A model generated the notes under the pieces. The model was not told the DNA's origin. It worked only from the letters and a program-made list of their open reading frames with translations, and did no database searches. From NCBI RefSeq assembly GCF_008831285.2, contig NC_045138.2, forward strand, positions 28,830,001-28,894,000: a stretch of 64,000 bases of DNA. The letters run 5' to 3'. Shown here piece by piece: positions 39,701 to 50,700 of this stretch. Position 1 is the first letter of the stretch. Each line of letters begins with the position of its first letter. A program made the translations under genes and the position numbers. Origin of the DNA: Nymphaea colorata (Eukaryota).

Positions 39701-42700
39701 AGGTTTTTTTCCTCGGGGGGCAAAAAATTTTTTTTTTTTTGAAAATTTATTGTCATCAGTGTTAAGCAAGAATGTTTGTAGAGGCTAGATCTATGTTGGA
39801 TGGACTTGGCAAAATAGTCATTGGCCCCGAGTCCAAATGGCATGGGAGCAGGTGTGCCACATTGCTAGGTCAAAGGAAGTGAGATCTGTCCATATTTGGG
39901 TGTGCACTGTACTTGAACAAAGAGTCCAACATGGTCAACATGGCCATGTTTGTCTAAAATCTGGACTCTGTCAACTTTGATAGAGTCCTTTTTTGTTATT
40001 TTCTAATTAAAAGAAACACTTTCAAAGAAGAAAAGGCCGAAAGTCTCCCATCTATGTGTGTGTGCAGAATTCAGCCCTGGCCACAATCAATTCTTTTTAT
40101 TTTTTTTCTTTTTGGGTATTTTTTTTTGTTTTCACCTCTCTCTCTCTCTCTTTTTTTGGAATACAGGCCTGGACACAGCCAGGTCTGCATTCTTTTGCTC
40201 TCTCTGGTTGATTGTGTTTCACATTATGTTTCTCATTAGGTTTATTAGTATTCTATTGTAATTACATCTTATTTGTCATTGTAATGATTTTTTCTTTATG
40301 AGGTATATCCAGTTGATCTTTTCTAACATGCAGGTCTGTGCTGGTCTTTCTTCTCGTCTTCAAGAATACAAATCCGAAAATGCACAACTGGAAGAGCTCC
40401 TTGTAGCTGAGGTGATGTGTTCTTCTTTTCCTTGATCACCCTTGGAGCTGCAGTTATTAATATTCTTGATAGCATTATTGCATATGAACAATCGTGTGAC
40501 TGTTTTCTGGTTTAATTGGATTTTGTAGAGAGATAAAAGGAACTCATGCGAAGCTCAAATAAGACTGCTGCAGCAGGATTTAGCTGCATCTCGCACTGCC
40601 ATATCCAGAGTAGAGTCAGAGATGGCTGATGCCTTGTCTTCCAAAAATGCAGAAATAAATGATCTTTCTTCCACAGTAGATTCTCTTAAAAAACAGGCTT
40701 CTGCATCTGAAGGAAAGCTGGCATCATTGCAGGTTGGTTTCTTTCAAGTTTCAACCATAGAAAATTATGCCTTCAATCTAGCAAATATAATGGGTCTGTA
40801 TCTCCATAGGTCACAAAACCTGGGAATTAAATTGTTGCTGAAGGTTTTGTGAAAACCACAAAGCTTGAATCCCATGAAGTAAGGTTTAATTAACTAGTAG
40901 GTCAATGGCTACAGCATCTTGAATGTTCTGAAAATGTCTCCTCAACACAGCTCTTTAATAGGAGATGCTGTATATAGATTTCGATTGTTTAAAGCTTTGC
41001 TTGGAAATGGGCAATGTTGGGCATTGATGTGGTCCTTCAGAGTTGATTTGAGAGCCTTGGATCTCATACCAAGGGGACTGAGGTTGCTGTGGCTAGTTGG
41101 TGTGGTCTACTCCTAATCGGAGGCTTTATCAACAATAAGGCTATGAGGTTAGGCGCTGGTCTGATTGGAGGTCACTCCTTCTCAGTTTTATAGAGGGAAG
41201 TCTGGACCTTAGATCCAATTGGGATGGGAGGAAGTTTACAATGTCCTCAGGTTTGGGGATACCAGATATGAGAAATCTGCTGTCAGACCTGTCAGGTCTT
41301 CAAATCCGACCTGTCTGCTCTTCAAATGCCTACATAAAGGAGCAAAGCTCAAAGAACATATATATTTATTAGACACATTAACTTTGTTTGGTCAATTCTA
41401 TGATGATTCTTGCTTAGTTCCTTTTTCCTTTTGGGCAATACAATTCCATCACTTGATGCTTCCTCATTTTGATGGTTTTTTATTCCTTCTTGTTAGCTTG
41501 GAATCCTATCATTGGACCTTTCTTCCTTTTGTTGTACCTTTCCTTATTGTTACACTTGATCAATGATCATCCACTGCCTCAGAAATTATTTAGGCTGGGT
41601 TAGGTATTAACAGTAACAGGTCATGCTAATGCATCCTAAATTTCTTAACCAGGCAGACATGGAAACTGTAATGAGAAGCCGAGAACTGACTGAGACTCGA
41701 ATGATGCAGGTATGTTCAGCATATCATGATAGAACTAGTACCCCTATATGAAGGATTTTCTTGTATTTTTTTATGCCATATATTTCATAGCTACAGGGAT
41801 CCTAATTTATCATTTTGTTTGCTAGGCCTTACGTGAAGAGCTAGTGTCAGCAGAGCGCAAGGCAGAGGAAGAGCGTGCAGCACATAATGCAACAAAAATG
41901 GTCACCTTTTCTCTGAAGTTTCAGTCCTTCCACAGGTTTCTTTAATATGTTTCTTGATCAATTTTTTTTTTCATGGTGAGTTTACAGGCTTTCATGGAAA
42001 GAGAAGTAGAATTGGAGCGTAGAGCTGTCGAAGCATCAACTGCACTTTCTAGGCTTCAGGTACTAACTGAAACAAATCATTCTCTAAGTACCTGCGGATA
42101 ATAGCTCAATAGTTGAGTTTAATCTTATAATTCCACAAAGTCTGCTTTTTTCCTTTTTATTTTTTGTAATTATACCACTTTGTGCCATGCATGAAGGTGT
42201 ACATTTACTTCATGCAGGAGACTTAATTTGAATATGGTGGTTTATTGCTTGAACTAATCCAAGAAAATCATTGAACAGGCTTTTCCATTTACATAGTATC
42301 TCTCCTTGCTAGATTGATGTTATAAGATTCTGGTAGCCTCCCTCCCGCTAACATCACTGATTACAAGAGAAAGAACACCCTGAGAAACCCTACTCACCCA
42401 CACCAACCCTAATCCCAGATTAGGGATTCTGCCTCACCAGAGGGTCAGGCGCTTGTTAACATCGATAATCCCTCTCAAGCCCCACCCCACACATTTATAA
42501 CTTTCTAGTACAGGGTCTGCTAAAGGACCCAACCCACCTCCATACTTATTACCGATGACCCGGTTGCTAACATTACTCCCCCCTTTGAAGAACACCTTGT
42601 CCTCAAGGTGTGAGCATACAATAAGGTGTGAGTATAGAATAGATGCTGCCAGAGAAAGATTCCTCCTTTCGTTTCAGCCAAACAAGGAGGGCAGCCAACT

Positions 42701-44645
42701 ATAAGAACCTGTCTCAACAACAGTCCTGATAGTGTAAGTGCACTCTTGAAAATCTGCTCCTCGAGCTCATAAGCTTCCTCACAATTAGCACGAGACAGCA
42801 CCATGGATAAATGCAAGCCAGTGGCCTGGTTCATGGAATTTTCATTCCGTAGTTTCCTCATTCCGTCATATTTGAATAGCTGCAATGGAAGCCTTTCTAT
42901 TTCTTGAGCACCCCAAGTGGCATGACACTGATGGATGGAGACAAAAACATAGTCGCTTGCTTGTCATCTGCCACAACACTTGATTGCCAGGTAGAACTTC
43001 AGGTGTATCTCCCCAAGGTAGCATCATTACTAGAAGCTGAATCTCATAATTGCTGTAAAGTGGACCTCTAGTTGGCAGGGCGATTCCATTTTGCTTATGT
43101 AAAACATAGTCAAAAAACGCTGCAAAGAGGTTCCAATTTTCTTTCCTGATGTGGGACCTAGAATACTCCTTGTGGACAAACTCCATTTCACCAAGTGATT
43201 CAACTTGTTGACTAGAATGAAATGGAACCTTCAAAAAAGCAATGCCTAGCACCAACCCTTGGCAAAACCTTTCATCAATTAATTGGCATGCACCATGTAG
43301 TACACCAAAAAAGCCATATTGGTAGCAACTCCAATTTCTGATGCCTTCCTCCTCTACCGCTCCTCCCATACAGATTGCAAGAGCAATCGTCGACTCCCTC
43401 TCCCATTCCAAGAATTCCAAGTCAGTCGAAAGCAAGTTCATCTTCATTTTTGCGATGAACACTCCTTGACATCTAAATTCAAGCACGGAGACACCTGCTA
43501 GTCTGCCTGTCCAGCCCTTAGCTAGTTCATCAGGACACTCCACATCTGGCATAAACTGTCTTGATTTCATGCTGAAATTGTTCACTATAACTTTTTGCAT
43601 GTCTGAAGGGTTGCTTGGTTCATGACCATAAAATAGAACGACTATCTCCACCCAACCTTTGAGATCTCTTCGATGATCCTTCCTAGAAGTGTATGCCCAA
43701 GTTTTACCTGTAGGCTCAATATGAATAACAATGGCCCTCTGTATTAGTACATAAACATTCTTTACTATAGAATTCTAGAAGATGTGCTTCCCCTGCTCCG
43801 TCGAATGGCCTCCAGGACCTTCTCGATATCCATTTTTGAATGAGGGAACCTAAAATCGAAAACCATTTTGTACTTCTTCTCCAAGCAGTCTCGTTGGCCT
43901 TGGGAATGCGGCCAGCTTGCAAGAATATGGCTGTGAAGAATGATGCTCGACGACATGACTGATCATCCTTTGTGGTAGGACTCGACCTGGGAGAACAACG
44001 TCTTCAACCTCCTGAACTGCATGACATTTTCTTCCAGCGTCACTCGTGAGCAAGGTTTTCGACCTGGCGCCTGGAGCATCTTATCGCCATCTGAAGCTTT
44101 TGAATTGGTACTCAATTGGGCATGAAATTCCTTGTCTGAAAGAGCAACCTCGGTCGGTTCCTTACCTAGAAACTCTTCCAACATCCGACATATCTGCCTG
44201 TATTCTGCTAGCATAGTCTCCCACCTCTCATTTATGCCGTCACTTGTTTGGTCAATCCTCGCAATGAAAGTCTCCATCTTCTCCGATCAACCCTCTCCAG
44301 TGTTTGCCGACTGCGCCCTCAAAGGCTCTGATAACATTGTTAGCCTCCATCCTGCTAACATCACTGATTATAAGAGAGGGAACACCTTGAGAAACCCTAC
44401 TCACCCACACTAACCGTAATCCCAGATTAGTGATTCTGTCTCACCAGTGGGTCAAACACTTGTCAACATCGATAATCCCTCTCAAGCCCCACCCGACACA
44501 TTTCCACCTGCATACTTATTACCCATGACCTGGTTGCTAACATATTCCCATCTGTTCAATACAACCTGGAGCTAAAAAGTTATGGATGTTATTGCAGATG
44601 ATGGTTTCATTCTGTGTCACATAGGTGCAGGGTGCGTCGAGGGTA

Positions 44646-44680
<35 letters not shown>

Positions 44681-44693
44681 AACACACACATGC

Positions 44694-44724
<31 letters not shown>

Positions 44725-47700
44725 AAAATTGTCTATAAACAAAAAAAAAAAACATATTTACACTATCTACTTTCGATGCTAAGTAAAATACTAAAATCTA
44801 AATCAGTAAATGGTAAATGAGTAGATGTATACAATACACTTCAAACATTCGGTGCTAACAGCCATTGCAGTAGAACAAATCAAATTATGGACACTATAAA
44901 AAACAACAAAACCCAGCAGAAATTATTCATAAAGGCATGCCAAGCAAGTAAACATTAAACAACGTATACCCATTGTTGATAGATTGTGTGTTTCGGGTCC
45001 GGATCCATACCCGACCCGCCTTGTAGCCCGTTTTGGGCTCTACTTAAGTCATGTAACCCTAATCCTTAAGAGTTAATGATAATCTTAAGAGAGAGAGAGT
45101 CTGGCTGCTAGTGGGCACCAACTCCTCCTCATTCGTGGTTTTTTCTCCCTCGTGTTGAGGGTTTTCCACGTTACATCGTGATCATTGTTCTCTTCGTTTT
45201 CGTCTTGTTCGTATTTCTACATGGTATCAGAGCCGTGAAGTTCCGGCGTTTCTGGTTTGTCTTTTGCCCGTGTTGGAGGAGGATTCGCCCGACACTGTTC
45301 ATTGACTCGCCCGGCACTGTTCATCACCCGTGCCCAACGCTCGTGCCTGACGCTCGTGCCCGAGCTTCGCCCGACGCCTGTGCCCGACGCTCGTGCCCGG
45401 GCTTCGTCTGTCGCCCCGCCGCCGTCTCCGCCCAGCGCCGCCCTGATCAGCGCCGCTCAGGATTCAGCCGCTTCCGCCCAGCGTCGGCCTGCCCAGCGAC
45501 GCCCTGCCCAGCGACGCCCTGTCCAGCGGCGTTCTTCTCTGTCAACCGACGCATCGCCCACCGCCGTGCCTTTTTTTTCCGGCGCCGCGCCGCTCTGCCT
45601 GGTTCCGGCGGTCTGCTTCCGCCGTTGCGCTGCTCTGCCTGGTTCCGGCGGTCTGTTTCCGCCCAGCGCCGCGCCGCTCTGCCTCGTTTTTTTCTCCGGC
45701 GCTGCCTCTCTGTTGCTGTCTCTTCCGCCGGTGAGGTTTAGGCGTTCTCCGTTTTGTCCGTTGCCTGCTCTCTGCCTTTTTTTGGTGTTGTATTGTGCTG
45801 TTGCTCCCTGCTGCCCTTGCTGCCTACTGGGCTTCTCCCGTAGCTAGACTGGTCTGTGATTATGGCAGCCTCTTCCTCGTCAACCGTCAACACCAATCCC
45901 ACTGAAATAGGGGCTTTTAGAACTGAGAATGTTCCCATGCAGGTCATCACTCTTCGCCTCACCAAGGAGAATTATTTCTCGTGGTCGCCTGCTATGACTA
46001 TGGGGATTGCTGGCCGTGGTCGCATGGCCTATATTGATGGGAGCAACCCCGAACCAGCAAGAACAAGTGATGTGTGGCATACTTGGTTTCTTGAGGATAA
46101 TCAAGTGAAAACTTGGATTGTCAATTCCGTTTCCGCCGATATTCAGCCCCTTATCCTTCGGAAGAAGATTGCTAGAGACATGTGGGTGGTCCTCGAGCAA
46201 ATGTATGGCCAAAAGAAGACCGCAATTCGTACTTACCAAGTAATGAAGACAGTCTATGGCATTCGACAAGGGAACTCGTCTGTTGCAGAGTACTATGGGG
46301 CTTTGAAAGCCAAGTGGGAAGAACTTGACTATCATTCTGATATCCCTTGGCATTGTCCCCATGATCAGGCGCTCTATGTTGCTCATGAATGGGAAAACAG
46401 AGTGTTCCTATTTTTAGCAGGTTTAAATGATGAGTTTGAAGGTGTTCGAAGTCAGATTCTGAATTCAGGGGAGGTGTCCAGTATTGAAGATGTGTACTCC
46501 TGTATTGAAGCGGAAGAACAGAGGAGGCTTGTTACAAAAGACGGGAAGAAGGAACTTGTGCCCTATAACGAGGATTGTTATAGATCCCTTCGCCGGTGCA
46601 CTCACTGCAAGAAGACAGGTCACACCGTGGATTATTGTTGGGATCTTCATCCAGAAAAGAAGGGAAACAAAGGGAGATCTTCGATTGGGAGAACGCCTGT
46701 GTCTGAGGTGCAAGCATCCAGTGGAGAAAAAGTCTCCATTTCCGCTGACCAGCTTCGTGAACTAAGGGCTTATTTGGGTAGGATCGATGTCAACAAGATT
46801 GAGACCTCAGAGGGAACTACAGCTAATCATGCTCTCGCGGTTATTGGCAATCAAGGTAACTCTTCTGTGGGGGAATAGATTGTCGATAGTGGTGCTACTC
46901 ATCACATGACAGGTAATCCAAAATTGTTTCATGAGTATAAGTTGTCCTCGGGAAAGGAACGTGTTTCTCTTGCAGATGGTTCCTCTACCTGTGTGGCAGG
47001 TGAAGGCACTCTGTCCTTGTTGGACAAATTTCATGTGCAGGGCGCTTTACATGTTCCCCAGTTTCCTCTAAATCTCTTATCAGTCAATAGACTTACTAAA
47101 GAATTGAATTGTGAACTTATATTCTCTGCCGATCGTTGTGTTTTGCAGGACTTGGTGACAGGGAAGATGATTGGGATTGGTTTAGCTTCTGATGGATTAT
47201 ATCGTCTTCCCATACGTGTGGCTATTGCTCTGTTGACAGCGATTCGCAAGACAGATAAGAGAAGAGAAGATTGTCTTCAGTCTTTTATGTACTGACATGA
47301 ACGTTTTGGGTATTTACCTTTTGGGATTTTGAAACATTTGTTTCCAGACTTGTGTTCCTCCTTTGATTTGTCTTCCATTTCTTGTGATGTTTGTCAGTTT
47401 GCCAAACATGTGAGGGCTTCGTACCCTCTTTCTTCTAGTTGTGCTAATGAAGCTTTTTCCCTGATTCACTCTGATGTATGGGGACCTTCGGGCATTCATA
47501 CCCGTCAAGGTTTCCAGTATTTTATCACTTTCATTGATGATTTCTCTCGTGCTACATTTATATACTTGTTAAAAGACCGCAGCGAGGTTCCTCGAATCAT
47601 CGAGACATTTATTCTTCTTGTGCATACCCAGTATGGTGCGAATGTTAAAACTTTCAGGTCCGATAATGCCCGTGAGTACATGTGTCAGCCTGTTGAGGAG

Positions 47701-50700
47701 TTTCTTAGACAACAGGGGATTGTTCACGAGACATCCTGTAGTTACACCCCCCTCAAAATGGGGTAGCTGAAAGGAAAAATCGTCAACTTCTTAATGTCAC
47801 CAGGGCTCTTTTGTTTCAGAGAAATCTTCCTAAACACTATTGGGGTGATGCAGTTCTTACTAGTGCCTATCTTATTAACCGCATGCCCAGCCGTGTTTTG
47901 AATGGTAGGACTCCCCACTCGTTGCTTCCTGGCAGTCGTCCACCATTTCCTCTTCCTCCTCGTGTTTTTGGTTGTGTATGTTTTATCCATGATCACAGTC
48001 CAAATGTCAAGAAACTTGATCCTAGGTCTATCAAAGGTGTCTTTGTTGGATACTCCCCTACGCAAAAAGGATACAAATGTATTGATCCTATTACTGGTCG
48101 AGCTTATGTTACGAGGGATGTTACCTTCTTGGAACATGCCTCTTACTTTGGTGCGAATCCTCTTCAGGGGGAGCAGTCTGTGGGCAGGGAAGAGTATTCT
48201 CAGAGATAGGAACTTCATTTTATAGATTTTTTGGACTACAAGAAAGCAGAATCACTTAATACTGTTGATCTGCCTGAGAAGAAGGAAAGGGGTGACAATA
48301 GCATTGAGAAGGAAGGCCCTCAGTTGTTTGGACAGTTCTACTCTAGACGAGGTACTCGGACAGAGGTGATGACTTGTGATGCTAGATCTACTTCCAATCC
48401 CAATGCCACTCCTTCCCTGGATGAACCAAGTCCTACCAAGGAGACCGTGGAGACTCATGATGAGGTTGAAAAGAAGAATGACGATATTCCCATTGCCCTG
48501 AGAAAGGGTGTCAGGTCATGTACTCAACACCCTATTGGTAATTTTGTTTCTTATTCCAGACTTGGGAAAGATTACAAGTGCTTTGTTTCTACTCTCTCTT
48601 TGGCTGTGATTCCCAGGACTGTCGCTGAAGCTCAAAGTGACTCCAAGTGGGTTGATGCAATGAAAGAAGAAATAGATGCCCTAAGAAGAAACTTGACATG
48701 GGAAGTGGTGAAGATTCCTGAAGCCGCTCACCTAGTTGGATCCAAATGGGTGTATACCATCAAGTACAAACCAGATGGGAGTGTTGAAAGATATAAAGCT
48801 CGACTTGTGGCCAAGGGGTTTAGCCAGAAATATGGAATTGATTACTTGGAAACCTTTGCTCCTGTTGCGAAAATGAAGACTGTGAGGGTGGTTATATCCC
48901 TAGCTGTGATGAAGGAGTGGAAGATATATCAACTGGATGTTAAGAATGCATTCCTCAATGGTGACCTCGAAGAAAAGTATATATGCATATGCCTCCAGGA
49001 TATGAAGAACCAGAAAAGTGTTGTAAGCTGAAAAAGGCCTTGTATGGCCTTAAGCAATCGCCCAGAGCGTGGTTTGAACGACTGAGAAGAGTGATGATAC
49101 ATCATGGATACAAACAAGGAAATGGAGATCACACTCTGTTTGTGAAGAAGAAGGAGAGCAGGGTTACTCTCCTGCTCGTCTACGTAGATGACATGATTGT
49201 TACTGGAGATGATGAGGAGGAGATTATCAAGCTAAAAGGGTTACTGGCTACAGAATTCGACCTCAAAGATCTTGGCAAGCTAAGGTATTTTCTTGGTATG
49301 GAGGTTGCTAGGTCTAGTACTGGTCTTGTACTAAACCAAAGGAAATATACATTAGATCTGCTGGAAGAAACTGGTAAATTGGGATGTAGACCTACTCCTA
49401 CCCCTTTTGACACTGGGCACAAGTTGAGTCTTAGAGATGGAGAGCCTCTCTGTGAAGAAGACAAGGGAAGATATCAACGTTTGGTTGGGAAGCTAATTTA
49501 TCTTACCCTCACGAGACCTGATATCACCTTTGCGGTGAATGTTTTGAGCCAATTCATGCATGCACCAACCGATGCACATCTGAAGGCTGTGGACAGAGTG
49601 CTATGCTACCTGAAGAAAAATCCTGGTAAGGGACTCCTGAATGTGAAACAAGAGACTGTGGAAATCGAGGGCTATTCTGATGCGGATTGGGCAGGTTGTG
49701 GTGATACCAGACGATCCACTACAGGGTGCTGTGTCTACTTGGGAGGAAACCTTGTTGTATGGAGGAGCAAGAGACAGGATGTTTGCTCTAGATCCAGTGC
49801 AGAGGCAGAATATAGGGCAGTTGCTATGGGAGTGTCAGAGTTATTATGGTTGAAGATATTGTTGACTGACATTGGAATAGAGATTGAAGGACCTATGAAG
49901 ATGTACTGTGATAACAAGTCTGCAATCAACTTAGCCAACAACCCTGTTCTTCACAACAGAACAAAACATGTTGAAATTGATCGTCACTTCATTCAGGAAA
50001 GGATTGATGCGAAAGAGTTGATCTTACCTTACATGAAGTCGGAAGACCAAACTGCTGATGTTCTGACGAAAGCTCTTCCTTCAGCTTCATTTGAGAGGAA
50101 TGTATCCAAGTTGGGCATGTTTGATATGTATGCCCAACTTGAGGGGGAGTGTTGATAGATTGTGTGTTTCGGGTCCGGATCCATACCCGACCCGCCTTGT
50201 AGCCCGTTTTGGGCTCTACTTAAGTCATGTAACCCTAATCCTTAAGAGTTAATGATAATCTTAAGAGAGAGAGAGTCTGGCTGCTAGTGGGCACCAACTC
50301 CTCCTCATTCGTGGTTTTTTCTCCCTCGTGTTGAGGGTTTTCCACGTTACATTGTGATCATTGTTCTCTTCGTTTTCGTCTTGTTCGTATTTCTACACCC
50401 ATCATTGCAGCACAACAAAAAACTGATGTAGGTGAAAAACATTAACACTTTAACAGTCAAACTCAAGCATGTATGATGTATACCATGAAAGCAACAATCA
50501 AACAATTCCACATATCGGAAAATAATCATTAGATTCTGAATATCACAAAAAAGAATTGAAAAACAGTAAAACATGCTGAAAATATGAGCAAGTGCCAAAT
50601 GAAGTTGCAGCGATCATTCCAAAAAGATAAAGCGACAAAAACAATAATCGAATTAAAGAGGAACACCAATGAAAGACAAACACACAAGCGGCAGCAAGAA

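Noticed and set aside
45178..45847. ORFs of 187 and 196 aa upstream of gag
   Set aside because: Stop-poor GC-rich tandem repeats of the Copia leader, separated from gag by a stop codon.
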